Source: Anaerobacillus sp. MEB173
GTDB lineage: Bacteria > Bacillota > Bacilli > Bacillales > JBJMAU01
Reading direction: 5' to 3'
NCBI RefSeq assembly: GCF_052119505.1
Contig: NZ_JBJMAU010000002.1
Location: 123,759 to 147,758, forward strand
DNA length: 24,000 nucleotides
Shown here: piece after piece, positions 1 through 9,405 of the stretch
Numbering within the stretch: the stretch's first letter is position 1
Layout of the letters: each line of letters opens with the position of its first letter
Translations under genes and position numbers: made by a program
Notes under the pieces: model-generated
The model's database searches: none
The model's input: the letters and a program-made list of their open reading frames with translations, nothing else
Told to the model about the DNA's origin: nothing

Positions 1-1473
1 TCCAATCGGAATTTCCTTAAACTCATCATCCATTTTGATTCCATACCCATTTCCACGAGGATAACGAACAGCAATTGGTCCACTATGTTGTACCGCTGTA
101 TAGATCATATGCTGTAATTCATTTTCATCCTTTGGCATCATAATCGTCATGTTTGGCACGTGACGCAGAAATGCAATATCAAATACTCCTTGATGCGTCT
201 CTCCGTCTGCTCCAACTAAGCCAGCACGATCAATCGCAAAAATAACATTTAGGTTTTGACGGCAAATATCATGAACGATCTGATCATAGCCCCGCTGCAA
301 AAAGGTTGAATACACCGCAAAAACAGGCTTCAATCCCTGTGTTGCAAGGCCAGCTGACATGGTCGATGCATGTTGCTCAGCAATCCCAACATCGAACATT
401 CGGTCAGGAAATTCTTTGGCAAACTTATCTAATCCAGTTCCACCAGGCATAGCTGCCGTTACAGCAACGACGCGTTTATCATTTTTAGCGATTTTTTTCA
501 ATGTTTCTGCAAAAACACCACTATAACTAGGAGGACCTGGCTTCTTAACAACTTCACCGGATTCAATTTTATACGGTCCTAAGCCATGCCATGTTCCATA
601 TGCATCATTTTCAGCAGGAGCATAGCCTTTTCCTTTCTTTGTTAACACATGAACAAGTACAGGCCCCTTTGTCTTTTTCGCATATTTCATATTTTCCATT
701 AAGTCATCTAGATCATGACCATTAACCGGACCTAAGTACGTTATTCCCATCTCTTCAAAGAAAATACCGGAGACAAGAAGGTATTTAAGACTGTCCTTCA
801 CTCGTTCAGCAGTAGAAGCAAGTTTACCGCCAAAGGCCGGAATTTTCTTGATCAAAAACTCTAGTTCATCTTTAGCTTTTTGATATTTCCCGGCAGTACG
901 CAACCGTCCTAACACATTATGAAGCGCACCCACGTTTGGTGCAATCGACATTTCATTATCATTTAAAATAATAATGAGATCCTTTTGTTCATGACCGATA
1001 TGATTTAACGCTTCAAGAGCCATTCCACCAGTTAAGGCTCCATCACCTATAACCGCAACAATCTTTTCATCCGTTTCCTTCATGTCACGGGCTACAGCCA
1101 TTCCCATTGCTGCTGATAATGAAGTTGAACTATGACCCGTTTCCCAAACGTCGTGTACACTTTCAGATTTTTTCGGAAAGCCACATAACCCTTTGTACTG
1201 GCGCAATTCATCAAAACGATCGGCTCTGCCTGTAAGAATTTTATGAACATAAGCTTGATGCCCGACATCCCATATTAACTTATCTTTTGGGCTATCGAAT
1301 AATTTGTGAAGAACAAGCGTTAACTCAACTACTCCTAAGTTAGGGCCTAAGTGTCCACCAGTTACTGATAATTTCTCCACTAAGAATCGGCGAATATCTT
1401 TCGCTAATAGCTCAAGTTGTTGTTTATTATAGTTTTTTAAAAATGTTGGGTCTTTTATTGAGTGTAAATCCAA
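1..1473 (-). CDS. dxs: 1-deoxy-D-xylulose-5-phosphate synthase, N-terminal 491 codons (C-terminus lies beyond the window start)
   Basis: Hand translation of the minus strand from TTG at 1473..1471 gives [57 protein letters not shown]... This is nearly colinear with the B. subtilis Dxs N-terminus (MDLLSIQDPSFLKN...). It includes the thiamine-diphosphate GDGALTGG motif. The frame stays open to position 1. SD GAGGG lies 6 nt upstream of the TTG. The gene is absent from the ORF track because it is edge-truncated. Confidence 0.9.
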   Translation of the reverse strand, partial: MDLHSIKDPTFLKNYNKQQLELLAKDIRRFLVEKLSVTGGHLGPNLGVVELTLVLHKLFDSPKDKLIWDVGHQAYVHKILTGRADRFDELRQYKGLCGFPKKSESVHDVWETGHSSTSLSAAMGMAVARDMKETDEKIVAVIGDGALTGGMALEALNHIGHEQKDLIIILNDNEMSIAPNVGALHNVLGRLRTAGKYQKAKDELEFLIKKIPAFGGKLASTAERVKDSLKYLLVSGIFFEEMGITYLGPVNGHDLDDLMENMKYAKKTKGPVLVHVLTKKGKGYAPAENDAYGTWHGLGPYKIESGEVVKKPGPPSYSGVFAETLKKIAKNDKRVVAVTAAMPGGTGLDKFAKEFPDRMFDVGIAEQHASTMSAGLATQGLKPVFAVYSTFLQRGYDQIVHDICRQNLNVIFAIDRAGLVGADGETHQGVFDIAFLRHVPNMTIMMPKDENELQHMIYTAVQHSGPIAVRYPRGNGYGIKMDDEFKEIPIG

Positions 1474-1482
1474 GTAAAACCC

Positions 1483-2094
1483 TCACTTCCGTTTATTTTT
1501 CCTTTTACGTTTTCCTCTATCATTACCATTTATTAGCTTTATTTTCATTTTTACCTCAATTAGGTAAAACAAACGACCTACTTGGTAAATGATCGGTGTT
1601 GAATAGCTAATTGCTAATGTTTTCCCAAAAGACTTTCCTCCAACAGTTAATGCGGCAATGATACTCGTAAAGATAATTGAAATGATAAATTGCCATAAGC
1701 CGCCGTCGTGAGCTCCCAGCTGTAAGGAAAGCTGTAAAACTACGTAGGCAGAAGCAGTTCCACTAATAATTCCTGCAATATCACCAATTACATCATTACA
1801 AAAATTTGCGAACCGGTCTGCATTCCGGGTAATAAGGACGGCATGTCTAGCCCCTGGTAACCGCTCAGCTGCCATAGCGTGAAATGGAACCTCATTAGCC
1901 GCTGTCGCCGCAACACCAATTGTATCAAAAATAATCCCAATTAGCACGATAATAAAAACAATTAGCATCCCCATTGCCCAGGTAACTCCACTCAACAAAA
2001 GTGTTGAGATGATTGAAAAAATAGCCGCTAACACAAGAGTGATAACGGCAATTCCCAGGCTCCAATTTATCGACTTTATAAGAGGTTCTTTCAT
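1483..2094 (-). CDS. oapA: Small polytopic membrane protein (about 4 TM segments) with a polybasic C-terminal tail; OLE-associated protein A candidate
   Basis: 203-aa ORF with several long hydrophobic segments. Central conserved-looking block AAERLPGARHAVLITRNADRFANFCNDVIGDIAG. C-terminus NDRGKRKRKNKRK. It lies directly downstream of the structured RNA and 10 nt upstream of dxs, which is the published OLE-oapA-dxs arrangement. The call rests on context plus topology. I cannot run a homology search. Confidence 0.65.
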   Translation of the reverse strand: MKEPLIKSINWSLGIAVITLVLAAIFSIISTLLLSGVTWAMGMLIVFIIVLIGIIFDTIGVAATAANEVPFHAMAAERLPGARHAVLITRNADRFANFCNDVIGDIAGIISGTASAYVVLQLSLQLGAHDGGLWQFIISIIFTSIIAALTVGGKSFGKTLAISYSTPIIYQVGRLFYLIEVKMKIKLINGNDRGKRKRKNKRK

Positions 2095-2159
2095 TACAGT
2101 TGTATCGACACCTATCTCTCTATAAAAGGTTCATAACCTTACTTTTTCATGTCAAAATT

Positions 2160-2712
2160 ATGTACTGAGTGGTCATTTAAAAAGTAAACGCTGCGGCTTA
2201 GGTCCAGTAGGTTTTCCCAAGCGGATACCAAAGTGTCGCCACCTTGGAGGTTTCCCTTTAATTCCACCTTAGCGCTGTCACCAAACGCTAGACTAGATTA
2301 CCACTTAGACCGCACTATAATCCTTTTTAAATGTACAAAGAACAGTCTAGGAGTTTTCCTCAACAGTTCCTACCATTCTCTATCCTCTTTTGCAGAGCAG
2401 ATTTCATATGACTTTAAGCATAATCCCCTCTACTCCACTCAAGGCAGGCTACGCTACCCGTAAGTTCCCTAACTTACAAAGGTAGGTTCATACCCCCTGA
2501 AAGCAACAAAGGCTGCAACAGTAAGGCCTCCGCGGAGCAGGGTCATCGCCCACATGCCATTGTGGATCGCCCTAACTCCTTTACCCCCAGCATCGACCCA
2601 AGCCTGGGCGACTCAAGCCGACACAAGAGACTTCATCGATGTGCCCTTTAGCGGATTTTTAGGCCCGCCTTCAAGAATGGAGAACCGACTAGAATACTGC
2701 ACCACTCATTTT
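2160..2712 (-). ncRNA. ole: OLE (ornate, large, extremophilic) RNA candidate, about 550 nt; ends approximate
   Basis: The 712-nt gap between ispA (stop 2807) and the membrane ORF (start 2094) has no same-strand ORF. It is locally G+C-rich (37/60 G+C in 2521-2580 by hand count) within an AT-rich genome. Many local helices are visible on the minus-strand RNA, for example CCACA-AUGGCA-UGUGG (about 2546-2561) flanked by repeated GGCGAU, CCCUG...CAGGG (about 2496-2542), and a CCCA-GGCU-UGGG hairpin (about 2597-2608). RNA 5' UGAGUGGU (2708..2701) pairs perfectly with 3' ACCACUCA (2173..2166). Genomic context ispA-RNA-oapA-dxs is the hallmark of OLE. Confidence 0.75.
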
Positions 2713-2718
2713 ATCTAG

Positions 2719-2747
2719 ATTATATCACGGTTTTTCAGCCTGCTCAA
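2719..2747 (-). promoter_or_regulatory. Sigma-A type promoter with extended -10, positioned to start the structured RNA
   Basis: Minus strand reads TTGAGC (2747..2742), a 17-nt spacer ending in TG-A, then TATAAT (2724..2719), which gives TGATATAAT. The predicted start near 2712 is 4 nt before the 5' half of the 8-bp closing helix. Confidence 0.45.
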
Positions 2748-2806
2748 TTATATAGAAGTTAAAACACCTTGATTCATTTATCAACACGTAATACAATACT
2801 GCTAAA

Positions 2807-3700
2807 TTAATGGTCACGTCCTGCAATATAGTCTGTAATGGCTTCTAATGTAGAGTGTTTGATATTGACACTATATAAATATTCTTTTGCTAGCTTAATA
2901 TGCTCATTAAGTTTATTTTTTGCACCTTCCATCGTTAATAATTGTGGATAAGTGCTTTTTTGATTCGAATCATCACTACCTACAGGTTTCCCGATGATCT
3001 CTTGGTCACCTTCAACATCGAGAATATCATCACGGATTTGAAAAGCCAGCCCTACATGCTGAGCAAACTGTTTTAATCGAAAGATTTCCTCGTCACTGGC
3101 CTCTGCAAGAATGGCACCTGCTTCTACTGCATATGTAAGCATATCTCCTGTTTTATGATTGTGAATAAATTCTAGTTCTTCTACCGTTAAATCTCTGTTC
3201 TCACCAAGCATATCTGCCATTTGGCCACCTACCATACCTTCTGGACCAGCGGCACATGCGAGTTTCGCAATTAACTGTAATTTCATATCACTCGTTATAG
3301 AAGGATGCGTTATTGCCGAAATGACTGAAAAGCTAAATGTTAATAAACCATCCCCTGCAAGAATTGCTGTTGCCTCTCCAAATACTTTATGGTTGGTTGG
3401 CTTACCTCTTCTTAAATCATCATCATCCATTGCTGGCAAATCATCATGAATTAAAGAATACGTATGAACCATTTCAAGAGCGCATGCTGTACCTAGTCCT
3501 AATTCATCATCCTTGCCAAACGCTTCAATCGTGGCCAGAAGCAAAACTGGACGAATTCGTTTTCCTCCGGCTTTCAAAGAATAGAGCATAGCTTCTTTCA
3601 AAGGTTCAGGTGTTGCAAGTTCTTCAATATAACTTGGAAGAAGCTTATCAATCTTCATTCTCTTTTCATTTATAAAATCTTCTAATGTTATATTATTCAC
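2807..3700 (-). CDS. ispA: Farnesyl diphosphate synthase ((2E,6E)-farnesyl-PP synthase, polyprenyl synthetase family)
   Basis: 297 aa. First Asp-rich motif [19 protein letters not shown] and second motif FQIRDDILD. Sits downstream of xseB as in B. subtilis (yqiD). The start overlaps the xseB stop by 8 nt. Confidence 0.9.
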   Translation of the reverse strand: MNNITLEDFINEKRMKIDKLLPSYIEELATPEPLKEAMLYSLKAGGKRIRPVLLLATIEAFGKDDELGLGTACALEMVHTYSLIHDDLPAMDDDDLRRGKPTNHKVFGEATAILAGDGLLTFSFSVISAITHPSITSDMKLQLIAKLACAAGPEGMVGGQMADMLGENRDLTVEELEFIHNHKTGDMLTYAVEAGAILAEASDEEIFRLKQFAQHVGLAFQIRDDILDVEGDQEIIGKPVGSDDSNQKSTYPQLLTMEGAKNKLNEHIKLAKEYLYSVNIKHSTLEAITDYIAGRDH

Positions 3701-3941
3701 CTGCTACCTCCTCCTGAAAAGCAGTAACCTCAATTTCCCCATCTTCCTTCACAATTTGATCCATTTGCTTTTCTACTGTTAGCAGTTTATCATGACAATA
3801 TTTTGATAGCGACATTCCTTCTTGAAACATTGTGATTGCCTCTTCTAATGGAACATCGCCTCGCTCTAACTTTTCAACAACTTGTTCTAACTGCTCCATT
3901 GCTTTTTCAAACGATAATTTCTCTCCCTGCTGCTCACTCAT
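3693..3941 (-). CDS. xseB: Exodeoxyribonuclease VII small subunit
   Basis: 82 aa, acidic and helical. The [26 protein letters not shown] signature is typical of XseB. It lies directly downstream of xseA. Confidence 0.9.
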   Translation of the reverse strand: MSEQQGEKLSFEKAMEQLEQVVEKLERGDVPLEEAITMFQEGMSLSKYCHDKLLTVEKQMDQIVKEDGEIEVTAFQEEVAGE

Positions 3942-3972
3942 TTCTTTACACCTCTCTTTATGGAAAATTTCA

Positions 3973-5316
3973 CTACTTACTGTTTATTCGGTCTATTCTG
4001 CAATCCAATTTCCCGTCTTGTACTTGAACTTGTATATAATCACCTGTGCTTACTTGCTTTACAGACTTTACTAACGCTTGATCATCTGTATAAACAAGAC
4101 TGTAGCCACGGTCCATGACCTTAAGTGGACTTAACGCTTCTAATTTTGAGATTTGATTATGAAACGAATGCTTTTTATTCATTATAATTGTTTCAAATGC
4201 TTTCTTTAAACCATTCTCCAAACGGGTCGTTTTATCTTTTGCCTCTATCATTCGTTCAATTGGATGATTTCTATTTAAACCTTTTTGCAATTGTTCTAGC
4301 CGGTCTTTTTTCCGGTCGATCATTCTTTCTGACTCACGGTGAAGACGATCCAATAGGCGATCTAGTTCTTGTTCTTTCTGCTTGACCAGCTGACCTGGAT
4401 AACGAAATGCATATGATTTTTGCATATGATGAAGACGATCCTTATTCATCGATAGTTTCTCATTCATTGCACGAATTAACCTTGTTTTCCTTTGCTCTAT
4501 CCGTTCCATAATTTCAGTCATTGAAGGAACAGCTAATTCCGCAGCAGCCGTCGGTGTAGCTGCTCGAATATCCGCAACAAAGTCAGCAATCGTGTAATCA
4601 GTTTCGTGGCCCACTGCAGAAATAACAGGGATTTTTGATTCAAAAATTTTCATTGCTACAATCTCCTCATTAAAAGCCCACAGTTCCTCTATTGAACCTC
4701 CACCGCGACCAACGATTAAAACATCAAAAAGATGGAGTTCATTTGCTTGTTCAATCGCTCTAGCAATTGATGCAGGAGCATCATCCCCTTGAACTAGAAC
4801 GGGAAAGAGCGTAATTCTGGCAATAGGAAATCGTCGTTTTAATGTTGAAATAATATCACGAATTGCTGCACCGGTCGGTGATGTTACTACAGCAATTTCT
4901 GTAGCGAAGGTCGGTAATGGTTTTTTCAGTTCATTGGCAAAAAGGCCTGCAGATTCAAGCTTGGCCTTCAATTCTTCATATGCTAAATATAAATTCCCGA
5001 TTCCGTCTGGCTGCATTTCTTTAGCATAGAACTGATACTGCCCATGGGGTTCATACACGGAAACATCTCCCCGAACAAGAACGTTCATCCCGTTTTCTGG
5101 GATGAACTTTAAATATCGATTATTTCCTGCAAACATCACCGATTGAATTCGAGACTGATTATCCTTGATCGTGAAGTACATATGTCCACGACTATGCAAT
5201 TTAAAATTTGATATTTCTCCTCGCACCCATACATTTTGCAGCTGCTCATCTTGATCAAATGTCTTCTTTATATAGCGGGTTAATTGGCTAATTGTTAAAA
5301 ACTGATCACTGGCCAT
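3973..5316 (-). CDS. xseA: Exodeoxyribonuclease VII large subunit
   Basis: 447 aa. N-terminal OB-fold region ([24 protein letters not shown]), catalytic core ([19 protein letters not shown]), and a C-terminal coiled-coil. Conserved folD-xseA-xseB order. Confidence 0.9.
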   Translation of the reverse strand: MASDQFLTISQLTRYIKKTFDQDEQLQNVWVRGEISNFKLHSRGHMYFTIKDNQSRIQSVMFAGNNRYLKFIPENGMNVLVRGDVSVYEPHGQYQFYAKEMQPDGIGNLYLAYEELKAKLESAGLFANELKKPLPTFATEIAVVTSPTGAAIRDIISTLKRRFPIARITLFPVLVQGDDAPASIARAIEQANELHLFDVLIVGRGGGSIEELWAFNEEIVAMKIFESKIPVISAVGHETDYTIADFVADIRAATPTAAAELAVPSMTEIMERIEQRKTRLIRAMNEKLSMNKDRLHHMQKSYAFRYPGQLVKQKEQELDRLLDRLHRESERMIDRKKDRLEQLQKGLNRNHPIERMIEAKDKTTRLENGLKKAFETIIMNKKHSFHNQISKLEALSPLKVMDRGYSLVYTDDQALVKSVKQVSTGDYIQVQVQDGKLDCRIDRINSK

Positions 5317-5339
5317 ATTTAGCTCCTCTTAATAACAAG

Positions 5340-6203
5340 TTAAACTGTTGCTTTCAATTTTCTTTTCACAGATTCAATCGTATTATGAAGGAGCATTGTG
5401 ATTGTCATTGGTCCAACGCCACCTGGTACAGGAGTAAGATAAGACGCTACTTCTTTTACCTCATCAAATTCTACATCGCCACATAGCTTACCAGTAGATT
5501 CTAACCGGTTTACTCCTACATCAATGACAACTGCTCCCTCTTTCACATAGTCCGCATCAATAAACTTCGCTTTACCAACAGCAACAACCAAAATATCTGC
5601 TTGTTTTGTAATTTCTTTCATATTCTTAGTTCTTGAGTGACAATATGTAACTGTAGCATTTTCATTTAATAAGAGTTGTCCAACTGGCTTTCCGACAATG
5701 TTACTGCGACCAATAACAACAACATGTTTTCCAGAGATCTCGATGTCTTTGGATTTAATCATTTCTACAATTCCAAATGGTGTACAAGGCAAGAACGTCT
5801 CTTCACCAATCATCATTTTCCCGATGTTAATTGGATGGAATCCGTCCACATCTTTTTCAGGGCTTATCGTTTCAATCACAGCTTGTTCGGAAATGTGCTT
5901 TGGCAACGGTAATTGAACGAGTATACCGTGTATTTTTTCATCTTGATTCAAACGCTCAATTTCTGCAAGAAGCTCCTGCTCAGATACCGATTCAGGCAAT
6001 TCTTGTAATACAGAATAAATACCAACTTCATGACATGCCTTTTCTTTCGCTTTCACATAAGAACGTGATGCAGGGTCATTCCCTACCAAAATAACCGCTA
6101 GGCCAGGTTGAGTTCCATCCTTTGTTAATTTCTCTACTTCCTGCTTCATTTCTAAACGCTTATCACTAGCTAGATCCTTACCACTAATTAATATCGCTGA
6201 CAA
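5340..6203 (-). CDS. folD: Bifunctional methylenetetrahydrofolate dehydrogenase / methenyl-THF cyclohydrolase
   Basis: Strongly similar to B. subtilis FolD throughout ([64 protein letters not shown]). I moved the start from the track's GTG (6212) to TTG at 6203. The reasons are SD AAGGGAG at 8-nt spacing and N-terminus M-SAILISGK aligning with B. subtilis MTATIIDGK. Confidence 0.9.
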   Translation of the reverse strand: MSAILISGKDLASDKRLEMKQEVEKLTKDGTQPGLAVILVGNDPASRSYVKAKEKACHEVGIYSVLQELPESVSEQELLAEIERLNQDEKIHGILVQLPLPKHISEQAVIETISPEKDVDGFHPINIGKMMIGEETFLPCTPFGIVEMIKSKDIEISGKHVVVIGRSNIVGKPVGQLLLNENATVTYCHSRTKNMKEITKQADILVVAVGKAKFIDADYVKEGAVVIDVGVNRLESTGKLCGDVEFDEVKEVASYLTPVPGGVGPMTITMLLHNTIESVKRKLKATV

Positions 6204-6222
6204 AACAACCACTCCCTTAAAA

Positions 6223-6347
6223 AATTTAGAATTAAGAATTAAGAATTTAGAATTATTAGTATGGGGTTCTTCAATGTAGTTTCTTAATTACGACTTCAGA
6301 GCTATACCGGCAGCCAATTCTACATTATAAATTATAAATTCTAAATT
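6223..6347. repeat. Palindromic heptamer-array element, copy 1 (nusB-folD spacer)
   Basis: Left arm 6223-6254 AATTTAGAATTAAGAATTAAGAATTTAGAATT equals four tandem heptamers TTTAGAA/TTAAGAA/TTAAGAA/TTTAGAA. Right arm 6316-6347 AATTCTACATTATAAATTATAAATTCTAAATT is its imperfect reverse complement (27/32 by hand alignment). A 61-bp core lies between the arms. The architecture matches 11923-12037. Confidence 0.6.
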
Positions 6348-6352
6348 ATTTT

Positions 6353-6748
6353 TTACTGTTTTTCTGAATCAACAATTTTTGACAAAACTCCGTTTACAAA
6401 GCGGCCTGATTCGTCACCGCCAAATGCTTTTGCAAGCTCAATCGCTTCATTAAAACTGACATTAGTAGGAATTTCTTCTACATATTTTATTTCATATATC
6501 GACATTCGTATTATAGCACGGTCTACGTTACCAATACGATTTAATGACCAATTTTCTAGATTATTTTCTATTACTTTATCGATTTCAGGAAGATGTTCGA
6601 GTGTACCGTAAACGAGATTTACTAAAAACTCATCTTTCTCATCAGAATCTTCTAAAACATTATTAATTGCCTCATCACGGTCCGTTCCACTAACATCAAC
6701 TTGAAAAAGGGATTGAATCGCTTTTTGTCTAGCTAATCTTCTTTTCAT
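6353..6748 (-). CDS. nusB: Transcription antitermination factor NusB
   Basis: 131 aa. [16 protein letters not shown]... N-terminus and the [19 protein letters not shown] motif are typical of NusB. Conserved position upstream of folD. Confidence 0.9.
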   Translation of the reverse strand: MKRRLARQKAIQSLFQVDVSGTDRDEAINNVLEDSDEKDEFLVNLVYGTLEHLPEIDKVIENNLENWSLNRIGNVDRAIIRMSIYEIKYVEEIPTNVSFNEAIELAKAFGGDESGRFVNGVLSKIVDSEKQ

Positions 6749-6940
6749 ATATAAATTACTCCTTTAATTGAAAATCGTTCTTAGAAAAAAACCAACATTT
6801 TCTATTCATGATCATAGCATAACAAAGGTAAGGAATACAGAATGTCTATTCTTCTAAACAAAATTCTTACTTTTCCGTAAACTGCAATCGCTTTACCCAT
6901 TATTATTAGCAAAATATATGGAATTGAAAACCAAATGCAC

Positions 6941-6979
6941 AAAAAAAACATCAAAGGAGCGCAATGATCCTTTGATGTT
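6941..6979 (-). terminator. Rho-independent terminator after the accB-accC-yqhY unit
   Basis: Minus strand has a perfect 12-bp stem AACAUCAAAGGA / UCCUUUGAUGUU (6979..6968 and 6958..6947) with a 9-nt loop, followed by a U8 run (A-run 6941-6948 on plus). It starts 7 nt after the yqhY stop. Confidence 0.7.
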
Positions 6980-6985
6980 CCTTAC

Positions 6986-7396
6986 TTATTCTTCGTGTGT
7001 TTCTACTGCTAATTGTTGTTCTGTTGTTTCAAACTGAATTCCAACAACATGGACATTTACTTCAGAAAGTTCAATTGCCGTCATTGTTTTTAATGTTTGA
7101 TAGATATTATTTTGGATCTTCTGTGCAACTTCAGGGATGGCAACACCATAAACCATTACGACGAATACATCGACAGCAATCCCATCGTCCTTAAGATCCA
7201 CCTTGACACCTTTACCGTGATTCTTTCGGCCAAGTCGTTCGACAACACCTGAAGCAAAGTTGCCTCTCATCGTCGCAACTCCCTCAATCTCAGATGCAGC
7301 AATGCCAGCGATGACTTCGATAACTTCTGGTGAAATCTCAACCTTCCCTAGTTCATTTTTGGACTCTTCTAAATCTAAAATGTGATTTTCATTCAT
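6986..7396 (-). CDS. yqhY: Asp23/Gls24-family alkaline-shock / envelope stress protein
   Basis: 136 aa. The motif ISPEVIEVIAGIAASEIEGVA is typical of the Asp23 family. Conserved position between accC and nusB as B. subtilis yqhY. Confidence 0.85.
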   Translation of the reverse strand: MNENHILDLEESKNELGKVEISPEVIEVIAGIAASEIEGVATMRGNFASGVVERLGRKNHGKGVKVDLKDDGIAVDVFVVMVYGVAIPEVAQKIQNNIYQTLKTMTAIELSEVNVHVVGIQFETTEQQLAVETHEE

Positions 7397-7422
7397 TCTT
7401 ACTCGCCTCCAAACCTTTTCAT

Positions 7423-8778
7423 TTATTTTCTATTTGTTAAATCATAAATCTCTAAAAATTTAGTATTAAAATGACCCTCTACAAACTTCTCATGATTCAA
7501 TAGTCGTAAATGAAATGGTATTGTTGTATCAATACCCTCAATGACAAATTCACTTAAAGCTCTTTTCATTCTGGAAATAGCTTCATTTCGACTAGCACCA
7601 TGTGTAATCACTTTTGCGATCATCGAATCATAAAATGGGGGAATTGTATAGCCTGGATAAACAGCAGAATCAACCCGCACACCGAGACCACCTGGTGGTA
7701 AATACGTTGTAATTTTCCCAGGTGACGGAAGAAAGTTTTTGTCTGGATTTTCCGCATTTATACGACATTCAATTGCCCATCCTGTGAATGTTACATCACT
7801 TTGAGTATATGCAAGTTTTTTACCGGAAGCCACTAGTATTTGTTCCTTTATTAAATCAATGCCAGTAACCATTTCTGTAACAGGATGCTCAACTTGTATT
7901 CGAGTATTCATCTCCATAAAATAGAATTTGCCATTTTGATAGTCATAAATAAATTCTACTGTCCCTGCTCCAGAGTAATTGACCGCCTTTGCCGCTGCTA
8001 CCGCAGCTTCTCCCATTTCATCCCGTTTCGCTTTATCTATAACAGGAGATGGTGTTTCTTCTAATAACTTCTGTAAACGACGTTGGATACTGCAATCACG
8101 TTCACCTAAGTGAATGACATTGCCAAAGTTATCAGCCAATACTTGGATTTCAACGTGCCGGAAATCTTCAATATACTTTTCAATATAAACTCCGGGATTC
8201 CCAAACGCCGTTTGTGCTTCCTGCTGAGTAATATTAATTCCTTTTACTAATTCGGCTTCGGTTCTTGCTACACGAATTCCTTTTCCACCCCCACCTGCAG
8301 TCGCTTTTATAATGACGGGGTATCCAATCTCTTTTGCCAATTGAACTGCCTCATCAGTGCTTTCAATGATCCCTTTAGAGCCTGGAACAATTGGTACACC
8401 AGCCTCGGCCATTGTTTCTCTCGCGATGTCCTTCGTTCCCATACGAGTTATTGCCTCCGGACTTGGACCAACAAATGTTACATTACATGCGGCACAAATC
8501 TCTGCAAAATCGGCATTCTCTGCCAAAAATCCATACCCAGGATGAATTGCATCTACTTCTGTTAAAGTAGCGACACTCATAATATTAGTGAAATTTAAAT
8601 AGCTTTTTGAGGAAAGCGTCGGGCCAATACAATAAGCCTCATCTGCAATTCTGACATGAAATGCATCTTTGTCGGCTTCAGAGTAAACCGCAACTGTTTC
8701 GATTCCCAACTCTTTACACGCCCGGATGATTCGAACAGCGATTTCCCCTCGGTTTGCTACTAATAATTTTTTGATCAT
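7423..8778 (-). CDS. accC: Acetyl-CoA carboxylase, biotin carboxylase subunit
   Basis: 451 aa. [22 protein letters not shown]-terminus, ATP-grasp glycine loop [13 protein letters not shown], and [14 protein letters not shown] motif. Confidence 0.95.
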   Translation of the reverse strand: MIKKLLVANRGEIAVRIIRACKELGIETVAVYSEADKDAFHVRIADEAYCIGPTLSSKSYLNFTNIMSVATLTEVDAIHPGYGFLAENADFAEICAACNVTFVGPSPEAITRMGTKDIARETMAEAGVPIVPGSKGIIESTDEAVQLAKEIGYPVIIKATAGGGGKGIRVARTEAELVKGINITQQEAQTAFGNPGVYIEKYIEDFRHVEIQVLADNFGNVIHLGERDCSIQRRLQKLLEETPSPVIDKAKRDEMGEAAVAAAKAVNYSGAGTVEFIYDYQNGKFYFMEMNTRIQVEHPVTEMVTGIDLIKEQILVASGKKLAYTQSDVTFTGWAIECRINAENPDKNFLPSPGKITTYLPPGGLGVRVDSAVYPGYTIPPFYDSMIAKVITHGASRNEAISRMKRALSEFVIEGIDTTIPFHLRLLNHEKFVEGHFNTKFLEIYDLTNRK

Positions 8779-8790
8779 TCTGTTCTCTCC

Positions 8791-9300
8791 CTATAAAGGT
8801 CTCACAACGAATAGCTCTTGTCCATATTCAACAAGCTGTCCATTCTCTGCAAGAATTTCTACAATTTCACCTTTAACCTCTGCTTCAAGCTCATTCATAA
8901 GCTTCATTGCCTCAATGATACAGACTACAGAATCCTCTGTAATCTTATCGCCAACTTTGACATACGCCTCAGCATCCGGAGCTGGTGCAGCATAAAATGT
9001 TCCTACCATCGGTGCAGTAATCTTTTGTAAATTATCCTCAAAGCTTATTTGTGTCTCTTTTGGCCGTTCATTTTCTTTAACAACCTTTTCTTTGACTTCA
9101 GTTTTCACAGCACTTTGTTCTACCGTCTTTCTATCTGGCACTACTTGAGTTACCAGTTGAGGAACAGCTGATTGATTGGTTGTAAGAATATCTTGTTTTT
9201 TCATACTAATCTTTGAACCATTGACCTCGTATTTAAATTCATTAATACTTGACTGGTCTAACGCTCGAATGATTTCTTTTATTTCTTGTACTTTTAACAT
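8791..9300 (-). CDS. accB: Acetyl-CoA carboxylase, biotin carboxyl carrier protein
   Basis: 169 aa. Biotinylation motif [15 protein letters not shown] (AMKM-type, here AMKL), a Pro/Ala/Val-rich linker, and position upstream of accC. Confidence 0.95.
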   Translation of the reverse strand: MLKVQEIKEIIRALDQSSINEFKYEVNGSKISMKKQDILTTNQSAVPQLVTQVVPDRKTVEQSAVKTEVKEKVVKENERPKETQISFEDNLQKITAPMVGTFYAAPAPDAEAYVKVGDKITEDSVVCIIEAMKLMNELEAEVKGEIVEILAENGQLVEYGQELFVVRPL

Positions 9301-9350
9301 TTTTTTCTACTCCTCAACTATATTTTTCAACATTATAACATAATCTTCCT

Positions 9351-9391
9351 GCAAAAATATAATGAGCCCCTCAACTTAAACAAGGGGCTCA
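9351..9391 (-). terminator. Rho-independent terminator after the 119-aa ORF
   Basis: Minus strand has a 9-bp stem UGAGCCCCU / AGGGGCUCA (9391..9383 and 9371..9363) with an 11-nt loop, followed by UUAUAUUUUUGC. Confidence 0.5.
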
Positions 9392-9405
9392 AGAAACCGT
9401 AATTA

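Noticed and set aside
2233-2463. 76-aa plus-strand ORF inside the ispA-oapA gap
   Set aside because: It is on the strand opposite to every neighbouring gene. It has no SD and a low-complexity Pro/Ser/Leu-rich translation, and it lies entirely within the G+C-rich helix-dense interval. It is better explained as a chance ORF across a structured RNA gene.
2536-2548. Perfect palindrome CTCCGCGGAG in the RNA region
   Set aside because: As a hairpin it would leave too small a loop, and it is more likely part of longer-range pairing within the RNA. It is not reported as an independent feature.
2160-2712. Alternative identities for the structured RNA (RNase P RNA, tmRNA, 6S RNA, T-box, riboswitch, group I/II intron)
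   Set aside because: The size is far too large for a riboswitch, T-box or 6S RNA. There is no tRNA-like end or tag ORF as in tmRNA, and no intron-encoded ORF or interrupted host gene. The ispA-RNA-membrane gene-dxs context is specific to OLE. This remains unverified without a covariance-model search.
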